From the NCBI GenBank assembly GCA_964460615.1, contig CAYWPX010000003.1:25343-89342 (forward strand): a DNA stretch of 64,000 nucleotides, read 5' to 3'. A model generated the notes under the pieces. It ran no database searches and was not told the origin of the DNA. It was given only the letters and a program-made list of their open reading frames with translations. This DNA is from an uncultured Planctomycetia bacterium (lineage in GTDB: Bacteria; Omnitrophota; Gorgyraeia; CAYWPX01). How positions within the stretch are numbered: position 1 is the first letter of the stretch; each line of letters opens with the position of its first letter. This document shows positions 17,349 through 27,134 of the stretch, in pieces. Both the position numbers and the translations under genes were made by a program.

Positions 17349-19556
17349 TTAAACTTCAGTATCGACCCCTGATCCCTCGCTTTTAAGGTCATCCGGGTAT
17401 TTGATTCTACTATGGAACATGCCGTTCAGAATTCTTTCAAAACTATTGGCGATCTTATGCAAATCCTTTAAAGTCAGATCACAGTCATCAAGCTGCCCGT
17501 CAATGAATTTATTATTGATTATTCTTTGCACCAGTTCCTTGATCCTGGTGGGAGTTGGACTTGATATAGACCTGGAAGCTGCTTCTACGGAATCAGCTAA
17601 TAAAACTATCGCAGTTTCCTTTGTTTGAGGCTTAGGCCCCGGATATCTGAAATCCTCATCTTTTACAGTTGTTCCGTCTTCGGTTTTTTCTAGAGCCTTT
17701 TGATAGAAATAGTAAACAAGTCCGTTTCCGTGGTGCTGTTCAATAAAATCTATAATTCTGTTATTAAGATTATATTTCTGCGCTAATTCGACGCCATCCT
17801 TGACATGGCTGGTTATAACTAAAGAACTCATACTGGGCTTAAGTCTTTCATGCTGGCTCGTGATAGTGTCAGGCTGATTCTCGCTAAAGTATTCGGCTTT
17901 TTCAACTTTGCCGATATCGTGGTAATAAGCGCCTACCCTTGCTAGAAGAGAATTTGCGCCAATGGCTTCGCATGCTTCTTCCGCTAAATTCCCGACTATT
18001 ATGCTATGGTGGTAAGTTCCGGGCGCTTTCAAGACTAACTGCCTTAAAAGAGGGTGATTCAGGTCTGAAAGTTCAAGCAAAGTGATATTGGTGGAGACCT
18101 TAAAAAAATATTCGAAGAAAGGCAGCACGCCCATAACGATTATTGAGCTTACTATGCCGCTGGAAAATCCGGTAAAACCCTCTTTCCAGAAAAAATCAGG
18201 CTTAAAATTGTGAAGAAATCCGATCCCTGCTATAGAGAGAAAATTTGCAATACCAACAAAAAGACCTGCCTTCAGGATTTGGGATCTTCGCCTTACCTTT
18301 AAGACGGAATAGATACCAACCAAGCCCCCCACCATTGTAGTGATGGTTATACTAAACTGGTCACCGGCCATGATGCCGGTAAATATTGAAAGCATTATCG
18401 TCACGATAAATGCAATATGCGAATTTAGAAGTATCGCCAAAAGCATAGAACCGCTTGAGATAGGGATAAAATAAGCAGGCAACGGTGAGATTATAATAGC
18501 CTTTGCCACTACTACCATAATGAAAATTATAGAAGATACTAAGTAAAGATTTTTGATCTCAACGAAATACTTTTTTTCATAAATCATAAAATAAATTATT
18601 GTTATAGCCATAAAGATCGCCAGCAAAAAACCAACGCCGCCAACATATAGAAGCATCATGCCTATGGTGCTTTTTTTGCTGAAATTTGCTAGCTTAATTA
18701 GATGTGTTTTGAGGGCGCGATCCCCTTTTTGAATGACAATTTCATTCTTTTTTACTAAAATCTCTTTAAATATAGGCTGGATGTTCTTAATGACCTCATC
18801 TTTTAATTTGTTTGATTCGGCCTGATTAATGATCATGTTGGGTTCAAGAAAAGCCTTAAGAATTTCAATAGCAGCCGGCCGTAGATTCTTGTCTAAGGAT
18901 TGAAATTGAATAACATCATTATTCAATTTCTCATCAATATTTTCTGACGAGTAAAATTGGCTTAGGGGAGCTTCGCTTTTTTTGTTTGTTTTAGCGTCAA
19001 AAATGTATATAGAACTAATCTGGGATTTTAAAAGGGCGTCCATATCGTTATTTTTTAAAATCCCCGCACCAAGGATGTCGTTCAATTCCTTGGAGAGAAA
19101 ACTTTCCAGAATCCCTTCTTTGTCTGTGCTTATCAATAAACGGATCGTTTCGTCCGACAAAGTGCGAGGTGATTCGAGCTTCAACAAATCGATCTTTTCT
19201 TTATCATCGAGGTCAGGTATTTGTTTGATATCGTTAATATTGGCGATAAGGTAGTTAAAATCCGATTTAATATTAAAATTAACGGCGCCGTCTATCTCGA
19301 ACGCTGGCGGGATCTTCTTGGTTACAAGCTCTTTAGCCTCACTCATTTTATCTTCGTCGATATCGGCCTTATATATGAAATCGTATGGGGCAAAAATATC
19401 CGTCATAGCAACGTCACCCTCTTTGAGTTCACCAAAATTAGGGTTCGTGCCGAAATAAGACACTAAAATAAGGATCATAAAAAGAAGAATCACAAAAGCT
19501 GCATGCAGATAATAGCTTAAGCTAGTATTCTTTTTATCCCGCCACAATTTGTCCAT
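17349..19556 (-). CDS. pgpH: 7TM-receptor / HD-hydrolase protein (YqfF/PgpH family, cyclic-di-AMP phosphodiesterase-type)
   Basis: 735 aa with N-terminal extracellular domain and 7 TM helices. C-terminal HD motifs HHSIIVGNLAEEA and YHDIGK. Gene order phoH-pgpH-ybeY-dgkA is conserved. Confidence 0.85.
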   Translation of the reverse strand: MDKLWRDKKNTSLSYYLHAAFVILLFMILILVSYFGTNPNFGELKEGDVAMTDIFAPYDFIYKADIDEDKMSEAKELVTKKIPPAFEIDGAVNFNIKSDFNYLIANINDIKQIPDLDDKEKIDLLKLESPRTLSDETIRLLISTDKEGILESFLSKELNDILGAGILKNNDMDALLKSQISSIYIFDAKTNKKSEAPLSQFYSSENIDEKLNNDVIQFQSLDKNLRPAAIEILKAFLEPNMIINQAESNKLKDEVIKNIQPIFKEILVKKNEIVIQKGDRALKTHLIKLANFSKKSTIGMMLLYVGGVGFLLAIFMAITIIYFMIYEKKYFVEIKNLYLVSSIIFIMVVVAKAIIISPLPAYFIPISSGSMLLAILLNSHIAFIVTIMLSIFTGIMAGDQFSITITTMVGGLVGIYSVLKVRRRSQILKAGLFVGIANFLSIAGIGFLHNFKPDFFWKEGFTGFSSGIVSSIIVMGVLPFFEYFFKVSTNITLLELSDLNHPLLRQLVLKAPGTYHHSIIVGNLAEEACEAIGANSLLARVGAYYHDIGKVEKAEYFSENQPDTITSQHERLKPSMSSLVITSHVKDGVELAQKYNLNNRIIDFIEQHHGNGLVYYFYQKALEKTEDGTTVKDEDFRYPGPKPQTKETAIVLLADSVEAASRSISSPTPTRIKELVQRIINNKFIDGQLDDCDLTLKDLHKIANSFERILNGMFHSRIKYPDDLKSEGSGVDTEV

Positions 19557-19607
19557 TGTAATCCCTGTGCCTTATCTGACTAATAATATGTTTTTCACCA
19601 AATAATA

Positions 19608-20555
19608 TTACTTATTTAAATTCTCGTAAGCCTTGATTATTTCCTGAACAAGATCATGCCTAACAACATCATCCTTGTTAAAATATACGAATTTAATACC
19701 TTCGATCTTATCAAGTATATTTCTTACCTGAGTAAGGCCTGATTCCTTACCAAACGGAAGATCGCTTTGGGTCGGGTCGCCGGTTATAACTGTTTTAGAA
19801 TCAAAGCCAAGCCTTGTCAGGAACATTTTCATCTGCTCAGGTGTGCAGTTCTGAGCCTCATCGAGAACTATAAAGGAGTCATTTAAAGTCCGCCCTCTCA
19901 TATAAGCCAGAGGAGCGACTTCAATTATACCTCTTTCAATGTTTTCCTGGATCTTGTCAATTTCCATCATATCATAAAGCGCATCATAAAGAGGCCTCAG
20001 ATATGGGGTAATTTTTTCGCTAAGGTCTCCCGGTAAAAAACCCAGCTTCTCTCCTGCCTCAATAGCAGGCCTTGTTAATATTATCCTGCTTACAAGTTTC
20101 TTTTTAAGAGCATTCACTGCCATAGCCATAGCCAGATATGTTTTCCCCGTTCCGGCCGGCCCTATCCCAAAAACTATATCAAAATGTCGTATAGCGTCTA
20201 TATATTCTTTTTGAGTTTTGCTTTTTGGGGTAATATATAATCTTTTGGAAGAGACTTCAATTTTATCCAGGTATATATTATGTATATCAGTAGCATTGCC
20301 TTTTTTGATGCTGTTTATGGCGTAAAGCATCTCATGGCGCTTGATCAATCCGCCCTTTCTGATTGTCAAAAGTATTTCCTCAAGAAGAATACCGGCCTTA
20401 GAAACATTCTCCTTGGTCCCGGTAATAGTTAAATCAAAGCCCCTGGCAGTCAACTTGACGTTAAATTCTTCCTCAATAAGATTGAGGTTTTCGTCATGTT
20501 TTCCAAAAAGCGAACGTGCCTCTTCTTCGTTTTCCAGAATAAGTTTTTTGTCCAT
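19608..20555 (-). CDS. phoH: PhoH-like ATPase
   Basis: Walker A GPAGTGKTYLAMA and PhoH C-terminal motifs. 315 aa. Confidence 0.9.
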   Translation of the reverse strand: MDKKLILENEEEARSLFGKHDENLNLIEEEFNVKLTARGFDLTITGTKENVSKAGILLEEILLTIRKGGLIKRHEMLYAINSIKKGNATDIHNIYLDKIEVSSKRLYITPKSKTQKEYIDAIRHFDIVFGIGPAGTGKTYLAMAMAVNALKKKLVSRIILTRPAIEAGEKLGFLPGDLSEKITPYLRPLYDALYDMMEIDKIQENIERGIIEVAPLAYMRGRTLNDSFIVLDEAQNCTPEQMKMFLTRLGFDSKTVITGDPTQSDLPFGKESGLTQVRNILDKIEGIKFVYFNKDDVVRHDLVQEIIKAYENLNK

Positions 20556-20594
20556 AGTTTTAAGAAGATTGCCGATTGTGTACCGCTAAATTAA

Positions 20595-21080
20595 TTATGT
20601 AGTGCTCTTTTTGGTTGTATTGTATTTAGGAATTTTTATTTCAACGCCTGGTATAATTTTATCCGGTGTTTTTAATTTGTCTTTGTTAACATTATAAATC
20701 TTCATCCAGTTTTTGGTCGTTCCGTAAAAATGCATGGAGATCTTCTGAAGCGTATCATTCTTTTTTACTGTATATGTATCGTAACCATCGATTGAGGCCG
20801 ACAGATTGTCACTATCAGATAGATCGCCTGTTGTGCTCCTTTTCGCTTTTTTAGATTTAATGCTTTTTACCATTTCATCAGATGATTCGAATTCATCATT
20901 TGATGAAACCATTGAATTATTATACGACTCAGACTCTGTAGTCGCCTCTCCTATTAGCGAACCTCTGTTACCGGAAAGGTCTTGATTGTTTTTAGCCTGA
21001 GATTTTGCTGTTTTAGAACAGCCAGATATGCCAAACGCAAAAAGAGCTACTAAAAATAATGCGACCAATTTATTCGACAT
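20595..21080 (-). CDS. LysM-domain lipoprotein
   Basis: Lipoprotein signal with lipobox ISGC. C-terminal LysM (YTVKKNDTLQKISMHFYG...KIIPGVEIKIP). Confidence 0.75.
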   Translation of the reverse strand: MSNKLVALFLVALFAFGISGCSKTAKSQAKNNQDLSGNRGSLIGEATTESESYNNSMVSSNDEFESSDEMVKSIKSKKAKRSTTGDLSDSDNLSASIDGYDTYTVKKNDTLQKISMHFYGTTKNWMKIYNVNKDKLKTPDKIIPGVEIKIPKYNTTKKSTT

Positions 21081-21159
21081 GTTTCCTCCTTGATTTTATC
21101 TTAACCCGACATTTTCGAGTTTAGAATTTATATTAAATTCTGCAACTCCGCAGAATAAA

Positions 21160-22914
21160 TTACAGTTGTTTTATTCCCAGTTCGTTCAGCTGTTTTGGGT
21201 TGACATCGCTTGGGGCCTCTGTCATCAGACATATCCCTTTCTGGGTTTTAGGGAACGCGATTACGTCTCTGATCGATTCATCTTTAGTGAAAAGGGTTGT
21301 TAACCTGTCAATACCGAATGCCACGCCCCCGTGAGGCGGTGCCCCAAACCCGAAAGCATCAAGTAAAAATCCAAAGCGAAGTTTTGTTTCTTCCTCGGTT
21401 ATGCCGATAATCTTAAAGATCTTCTCCTGCAAGGACCTTTCGTGGATTCTTATGCTGCCGCTTCCTATCTCAACTCCGTTAATAACCAGGTCATAAGATC
21501 TTGAGCGAATTTTTGATGGGTCTTTATCCAATAATTCCAAGTCATCAGGATGGACCGAAGTAAAAGGATGGTGTTCAGATTCCCATCTCTTCTCCTCGTC
21601 GTTGTATTTAAATAAGGGAAAATCAACTACCCATAAAAATTCAAATGTATCTGGTTTGACCAAATTAAGCTTATGCCCAAGATGCTTTCTTAGTGAACCA
21701 AGGATCTCCAATGTTTTTAATTGTTTGTCAGATATAAGAAAAATCATATCGCCATCATTAGCGTTACAGGAAGTTTTTATCTCATTCAAAAGTTCTTTGG
21801 TAAAAAATTTATCTATAGGGCTGGAAAGGCTATTGTTGAGCACCTTGAAATAGGCCAAGCCGCCTGCCCCCTGAATTTTAGCAAATTCTGTTAGATCATC
21901 TATCTCTTTACGCGAAATATTAGCCATACCTGGAGCTGAAATTGCAGCGACTTTACCTCCTTTTTCAATATTTTCCTTAAATATTTTAAAATTAGAATTT
22001 TTAACGATCTCAGTCAGATCCGATATTTCCAGGCCGAATCTAAGATCGGGCTTATCGGAACCGTACTTTGACATAGCAATATGATATGGTAAGCGCTTAA
22101 AAGGTGTCATTAGATCGCTGCCGGTCAGTTCCTTTACAATGGATTTCATGATCTTTTCGCCGAGAATAAATATATCTTCCTCAACAATAAATGACATTTC
22201 TATATCCAGCTGTGTAAATTCAGGCTGCCTGTCCGCCCTTAAATCTTCGTCCCTAAAGCATCTGGCGATCTGAAAATACTTTTCAAGCCCAGATACCATG
22301 AGTATTTGTTTAAATAATTGAGGAGACTGAGGAAGGGCATAAAATTTCCCGACATTAAGTCTGCTTGGAACCAAAAAATCCCTAGCGCCTTCAGGAGTGC
22401 TTTTAGTAAGTATGGGTGTCTCTATCTCAAGAAAACCATCGCTATCAAGGACATCCCTCATTATCTTGCAGATCCTGTGACGGGCTTTGAGGTTTCGCTG
22501 CATTTTAGGCCTTCTAAGGTCCAGAAAACGGTATTGGAGACGGGTCTCTTCTGAAATATTAACATCATCAGAGATCTCGAAAGGCGGTGTCACCGATGTA
22601 TTTAAAATCCCGATCTTATTAGCGTAGACCTCAATTTTGCCGGTAGAAATCTTATCATTTATTGTGCCATCGGGCCTTTTTTCGACAATTCCCTCTACAA
22701 GAACGACAAATTCGCTCCTCAGGCCTTCTGCTATCTTGTGAGATTCCCGGCTGACCTCAGGGTTAAATACTATCTGGGTTATCCCTTCGCGGTCCCTAAG
22801 ATCAATAAAAATAAGGTTGCCATGGTCACGCCTCGAGTGCACCCAACCGCTCAATTTAACAGTTTCTTTTAAATTAGATTCCTTCAATTCGCCGCATGTA
22901 TGGCTTCTTAACAT
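21160..22914 (-). CDS. aspS: Aspartate--tRNA ligase
   Basis: 584 aa class II aaRS. N-terminal OB domain and motifs 2 and 3 (GGAPPHGGVAFGIDRL). Confidence 0.95.
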   Translation of the reverse strand: MLRSHTCGELKESNLKETVKLSGWVHSRRDHGNLIFIDLRDREGITQIVFNPEVSRESHKIAEGLRSEFVVLVEGIVEKRPDGTINDKISTGKIEVYANKIGILNTSVTPPFEISDDVNISEETRLQYRFLDLRRPKMQRNLKARHRICKIMRDVLDSDGFLEIETPILTKSTPEGARDFLVPSRLNVGKFYALPQSPQLFKQILMVSGLEKYFQIARCFRDEDLRADRQPEFTQLDIEMSFIVEEDIFILGEKIMKSIVKELTGSDLMTPFKRLPYHIAMSKYGSDKPDLRFGLEISDLTEIVKNSNFKIFKENIEKGGKVAAISAPGMANISRKEIDDLTEFAKIQGAGGLAYFKVLNNSLSSPIDKFFTKELLNEIKTSCNANDGDMIFLISDKQLKTLEILGSLRKHLGHKLNLVKPDTFEFLWVVDFPLFKYNDEEKRWESEHHPFTSVHPDDLELLDKDPSKIRSRSYDLVINGVEIGSGSIRIHERSLQEKIFKIIGITEEETKLRFGFLLDAFGFGAPPHGGVAFGIDRLTTLFTKDESIRDVIAFPKTQKGICLMTEAPSDVNPKQLNELGIKQL

Positions 22915-22923
22915 TATAAACCT

Positions 22924-24195
22924 TTAAATTTTATTCAACAGATTGTCTGTGATGTTATCCAAAAGTACTTCCTCTTGGGTTTTATTGATCATATCTCTTA
23001 GGATAGGATTTTTTTTGTTTTTAAGGTCAGCATCATTTAGAATAAGAACGTATTTTGCATTTTTTTTATTTGCCTGGCGCATTTGCGCGTTAAGGGATTT
23101 ATTTTCTAGCTCCATCTCGATCTGTATCGATCTATTGAGCGATAAGCTCTTATTCCTGATGTTATTGGTTATCTTAAATGCCATATCCTGGGCTTCGCTG
23201 CCTTCATGGGCGATGAATATGTCAAGCTGAGGCAGAGCTAAATCTTTATTAAGCGCAATAATAAGCCTTTCAATACCCAGCGCAAAGCCGAATGAACCAA
23301 CGCCGTCGGGTCCGCCAAAATCCCTGACAAGATTATCGTATCTTCCGCCGGCTCCGATAGCATCCTGGGCGCCCAAGTTACTGTGAGTAATTTCAAAAAC
23401 GGTTCCGGTATAATAATCAAGCCCCCTTACAAGGTTAGCTGTAACGGTAAAATTAATACCGAGTTTAGTAAGGTAGTTTTTGACAATATCAAAGTGCGTT
23501 TTGCATGGCGAGCAGATATTTTCGGAGATTAATGGCATGTCTTTGACAATGGCAATACAACCGGGATTTTTGCAGTCAAGTATCCTCAAGACGTTTTTAT
23601 TTAAGCGTTCTTTGCAATTATCGCATAGTTCTTTGGATCTATTTGATAAATTCTCTTTTAGTATCTCTCCGAATTTTTTCTTATCATCTTTGCAGCCGAT
23701 GCTGTTTATTTTGATCTGGTAGCCTTCAAGGTCAATTTTTTTAAAGAACATAACCAGTGCCAAAATACTCTCTACATCGCAAAGCGGGCTTTTGGATCCG
23801 ATTGCCTCGAATCCAATCTGGTGAAACTGCCTGGACCGCCCTTTCTGAGGTCTTTCAGCTCTGAACATTGGGCCGATATAATAATATTTTGTAAAATTGC
23901 TTAAATTGTGTATATGATGTTCTACGTAGGCCCTGACAATAGGCGCAGTTCCCTCAGGCCTAAGAGTAATGGATCTATCGCCTCTATCTAAAAAGGTATA
24001 CATCTCCTTTTGAACGATATCAGTAGTATCGCCAATGCTTTTCAAAAAGAGTGCCGTATCCTCAAAAATAGGTGTCCTGATTTCGCAAGCTCCGAAACTC
24101 CCAAAAACAGATCTGGCTTCCTTTTCAAGGGTTTGCCATGCGAATATTTCAGGGGCAAATATGTCCGTTGTTCCTTTGATGCTTTTAATATCCAT
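22924..24195 (-). CDS. hisS: Histidine--tRNA ligase
   Basis: 423 aa class II. MYYIGPMFRAERPQKGRSRQFHQ motif 2 and GGRYDNL motif 3. Confidence 0.95.
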   Translation of the reverse strand: MDIKSIKGTTDIFAPEIFAWQTLEKEARSVFGSFGACEIRTPIFEDTALFLKSIGDTTDIVQKEMYTFLDRGDRSITLRPEGTAPIVRAYVEHHIHNLSNFTKYYYIGPMFRAERPQKGRSRQFHQIGFEAIGSKSPLCDVESILALVMFFKKIDLEGYQIKINSIGCKDDKKKFGEILKENLSNRSKELCDNCKERLNKNVLRILDCKNPGCIAIVKDMPLISENICSPCKTHFDIVKNYLTKLGINFTVTANLVRGLDYYTGTVFEITHSNLGAQDAIGAGGRYDNLVRDFGGPDGVGSFGFALGIERLIIALNKDLALPQLDIFIAHEGSEAQDMAFKITNNIRNKSLSLNRSIQIEMELENKSLNAQMRQANKKNAKYVLILNDADLKNKKNPILRDMINKTQEEVLLDNITDNLLNKI

Positions 24196-24266
24196 ATATT
24201 TATTATATTATTATATAAAATATAATCATATCATAATTAGCCTAAAAGTCAATTAATTAGTGGTTT

Positions 24267-24743
24267 TTAGGCAATTCTTCTTAACTTATCCTCATCCTTA
24301 TCCTTAAGCTCAATTTTTTGGATTTTCCAGCCGGAGTCTTCCTGAATCATTGTGAGGGATGCTTCAAAAGTATCATATTCCCAGGTAGGATTGTCTTTAA
24401 GATTAAAAGTCACAGTGGCTTCAATTTTAACAAAAGCAGTATTGTCATTGATCGTTATGTCAAAATTTCGTAAATGAACGTTAACGCTCCTATATTGCTC
24501 TAAGGTATAATCAATGACAAAAATTAATGACCTTCTGTCGTTTCCATCGGGGTCGTTATAGCTCGGGGAAATTAAATCTGCGATCGTTAACAGATCTTTT
24601 CTGTGAATCGCAGACGCACCTTTATTTATTAAGCGTTTTATTCTGCCCATCTCACCTTCTAAATGCATAAGGATCAATGAGGTGCCTAAAAAAATTGCGC
24701 TAAAAATTACCGCGGAAATTATAATAAATTTAAATTTGTTCAT
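24267..24743 (-). CDS. Hypothetical membrane-anchored protein (N-terminal TM, NTF2-like/DUF4440-like soluble domain)
   Basis: N-terminal hydrophobic anchor. No recognised motif. Confidence 0.4.
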   Translation of the reverse strand: MNKFKFIIISAVIFSAIFLGTSLILMHLEGEMGRIKRLINKGASAIHRKDLLTIADLISPSYNDPDGNDRRSLIFVIDYTLEQYRSVNVHLRNFDITINDNTAFVKIEATVTFNLKDNPTWEYDTFEASLTMIQEDSGWKIQKIELKDKDEDKLRRIA

Positions 24744-24835
24744 TTTAACTAGTTATGATTAAAGATGGCAAGGATTTGCAAATTACTGTACCAGTTCAAA
24801 CAGATGACAATGGATCATGTCTTGAGGCGGCAGCC

Positions 24836-25108
24836 TTATAAGACCTTTTTTTTCATTATGAGGCCGGGCTTGAACGTTACAACCTTTTTTTGGGGTATCG
24901 GCACAGACACTCCGGTTTTAGGGTTTCTACCAAGTCTTCCCTTTCTCACCTTAACCTTAAAAACACCGAAATTCCTTAACTCTACAGTTTCGCTTTTTGA
25001 CAAACTGTCTACGATAGAATCGAGTGTTTTTTGTATGATCTTTTTAACAAGGGTTTGCTTGATGTTATTGTCCTCTGCAATTTTTAAAGCAATGTCTTTT
25101 TTTGTCAT
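24836..25108 (-). CDS. hup: HU family DNA-binding protein. True start at internal ATG 25108 (90 aa).
   Basis: MTKKDIALKIAE...ELRNFGVFKVKVRKGRLGRNPKTG matches the HU/IHF signature. GGAGG SD lies 5 nt upstream of the internal ATG, and the long N-extension overlaps the SD. Confidence 0.9.
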   Translation of the reverse strand: MTKKDIALKIAEDNNIKQTLVKKIIQKTLDSIVDSLSKSETVELRNFGVFKVKVRKGRLGRNPKTGVSVPIPQKKVVTFKPGLIMKKKVL

Positions 25109-25124
25109 AACTACCTCCGATTTA

Positions 25125-25754
25125 TTATTCGGTACCAAAATTGATCTTAGGTGTCTCAGGTAAAACAGGAGCAACTTTTTCTTCACTATTAAGGACCTCA
25201 CCAGACTTCTCGGAAGATTCGAACTTGATCTTATCCCCCTCGTTGGTCTTAAGAAGATTCGGATTATTCTCTTTTACATAATAAATGATCAAAAGATATA
25301 CTAATATTATAAAAATTATCAGAAAAAGCAGGTTTGTGATCGGGTTAACAAGGATTTTTCTTAAAAATACTACTAAAGAGCTTACAGATTTGAGCTCTTC
25401 GGTTTTATTTTCAAGTTCACCGAGCATTTTGTTGAGCTGTATATAAGAATTGTGCCAGTCGGATTCAATTTTTTTAATACTCAGATCTGATAATGTGGAG
25501 ATGCTTTCAAGAGATAATACCTGGGTTATAACGTCAAACGTTCTATCGTCTGCAGACGGTTCGAGGGCGAGAGATTCTTTAAGCATTTGGTATTTTCTTG
25601 CAATAAGAGATTTAGTTTCCAAAAAATTCTTTTCTTCTTCAGGTGAAACTATATGATCGCTGAGGGCCTTTTTATAAAGATCATGGAATTTTATCCATAA
25701 CTCCATAAATTCTTTGATGTTTTTAATTTTGCTCTCTAACCTCTTATCTTTCAT
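25125..25754 (-). CDS. Hypothetical membrane protein (cytoplasmic N-domain, single C-terminal TM). Start set at ATG 25754, which has an AAGAGG SD.
   Basis: ORF with SD. One long hydrophobic helix (LVVFLRKILVNPITNLLFLIIFIILVYLLIIYYV). No family recognised. Confidence 0.55.
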   Translation of the reverse strand: MKDKRLESKIKNIKEFMELWIKFHDLYKKALSDHIVSPEEEKNFLETKSLIARKYQMLKESLALEPSADDRTFDVITQVLSLESISTLSDLSIKKIESDWHNSYIQLNKMLGELENKTEELKSVSSLVVFLRKILVNPITNLLFLIIFIILVYLLIIYYVKENNPNLLKTNEGDKIKFESSEKSGEVLNSEEKVAPVLPETPKINFGTE

Positions 25755-25831
25755 AGGGTTACCTCTTTTCTGTTTATAATAATATTGCATAATTAAAATT
25801 AATAGTCAAGCGAAATTACAAGCCGATAAGC

Positions 25832-25858
25832 AAAAAAATACCCTGATAAATTCAGGGT
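25832..25858 (-). terminator. Rho-independent terminator (7-bp stem ACCCTGA/TCAGGGT, 5-nt loop, U7 tract)
   Basis: Minus strand reads ACCCTGAATTTATCAGGGTATTTTTTT, sited downstream of the 123-aa ORF and upstream of the 25754 gene. Confidence 0.7.
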
Positions 25859-25867
25859 CCAGTGTTT

Positions 25868-25940
25868 CCGAATGCGAAAGCTTTGTTTGGCAGAAAATTC
25901 GCTAATCCGAACCTTGCCTATTAGGTGCTTTCGCATTCGG
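25868..25940 (-). other. Perfect 14-bp inverted repeat (CCGAATGCGAAAGC...GCTTTCGCATTCGG) around a 45-nt spacer. Candidate structured 3' UTR or small RNA.
   Basis: Direct reading. Arms at 25868-25881 and 25927-25940. It lies 9 nt from the terminator hairpin. Confidence 0.5.
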
Positions 25941-25977
25941 TATTTGGCTTTCAGCATTAAGCGGATATGATAGATTT

Positions 25978-26349
25978 TTATTTCTTAGCGCTTAATGTCG
26001 AAAGCTTCACCTTGATAGTATGTAAATATGCAACAGAAAAAACATAATCCTCGACAACCGCATAAAGATTTCCAAAGACCTTACAGATCAGAACGTCTTC
26101 TCCTGAATCGTCGTCTTTTTTTCTTAAAATAAAATATTCTTTTTTGATGGGAGATTCCTTGCAGATCTTAGACTTCATGATCTCTTCGTAACCGGTCACA
26201 TTGTCAAAATGGTTCATATTTGTTACAAAGTATTTGCAACGTCTTTCGATCTTTGCAATGACACCATCGCCCTCAACAACCTCAGTAATAAGAATGTCTC
26301 GCTTTTTAAAGTCATCAGCCGTTAAGTTCTTAAAAATCATTTCTCTCAT
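25978..26349 (-). CDS. Hypothetical protein (123 aa)
   Basis: ORF with plausible coding composition. No recognisable motif. Confidence 0.4.
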   Translation of the reverse strand: MREMIFKNLTADDFKKRDILITEVVEGDGVIAKIERRCKYFVTNMNHFDNVTGYEEIMKSKICKESPIKKEYFILRKKDDDSGEDVLICKVFGNLYAVVEDYVFSVAYLHTIKVKLSTLSAKK

Positions 26350-26483
26350 TTTAGCACCTTAATATAATACTTTGTAAAACATTTAAATTAGTTTACAAAA
26401 AAAATAATACTTTTTTTCAATAGTAAGTATATCATATGATTATAGAATTTGCAAGTATTAATTAACTTTTTTAATTTTAATGT

Positions 26484-27134
26484 TTAGCAGAACAAATTTC
26501 TTGTTATTTTGTTGGGGGTTCCAAATCTATGTTCTTCACCTTTCAATAACCTTTGAATATTAGTAATATGTTTATAAGTGCTTATGATACAAATTGTTAT
26601 GGCCAAAAGCACCAATGGAAATGACATGTTAAGAACTATTAAAACAAAAGGAAGAAAAGCTATAGATATAACTGATGCCAGCGAGATATATCTTGTAGGT
26701 ATAAAAATTAATAACCAAATAATAAATACAATTAGCGTTGAAACAGGTGAAATTCCAAAGAGGACCCCTGCGCCGGTGGCTATCCCCTTCCCGCCCTTAA
26801 AGCGCAAGAATACTGTCCATATATGTCCGGCGATGACAGAGAAACCCATTATTGCCCTTAGCCAATCAAAATCAACGGCAGAATAAGGAATATTATAGAA
26901 AAATTCTGCTAAAAACCCTGTGACGATATAACCTTTGAATATATCAATTATAAGTACAAAAACCCCCGGGATCTTGCCTATAACTCTGTAGGCGTTAGTA
27001 GCGCCAACATTTCCGCTGCCATGCTCCCTTATGTCGATTTTTTTTAGGTATTTGCCGAAAAGATAACTTGTCGGTAAAGAGCCTATCAGATATGAGATAG
27101 AAACCGCTAAAATAATAATGATTATTGTTGTCAT
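26484..27134 (-). CDS. plsY: Glycerol-3-phosphate acyltransferase PlsY
   Basis: HGSGNVGATN motif, multi-TM, 216 aa. Confidence 0.9.
   Translation of the reverse strand: MTTIIIIILAVSISYLIGSLPTSYLFGKYLKKIDIREHGSGNVGATNAYRVIGKIPGVFVLIIDIFKGYIVTGFLAEFFYNIPYSAVDFDWLRAIMGFSVIAGHIWTVFLRFKGGKGIATGAGVLFGISPVSTLIVFIIWLLIFIPTRYISLASVISIAFLPFVLIVLNMSFPLVLLAITICIISTYKHITNIQRLLKGEEHRFGTPNKITRNLFC

Noticed and set aside
16895-17392. Long form of ybeY starting at 17392 (165 aa, 44-nt overlap with pgpH)
   Set aside because: The internal ATG at 17335 gives an E. coli-like length and conserved-motif spacing. The extra N-terminal 19 residues (MTLKARDQGSILKFKFTLP) have no counterpart in YbeY. The long form cannot be excluded without proteomic or Ribo-seq evidence.
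25755-25790. N-terminal extensions created by upstream in-frame starts (MQYYYKQKRGNP at 25790; TTG at 54845; MKSWPISFQ.. at 54268; MRSLIVKKK.. at 25201; MTGKPLNT.. at 56115)
   Set aside because: In each case a downstream ATG is preceded by a clear SD site (AAGAGG, GGAGG, GAGG, GGAGG, AAAGGA). The extension would either overlap that SD or the upstream gene, or lack homology to the family, so the shorter forms were annotated.
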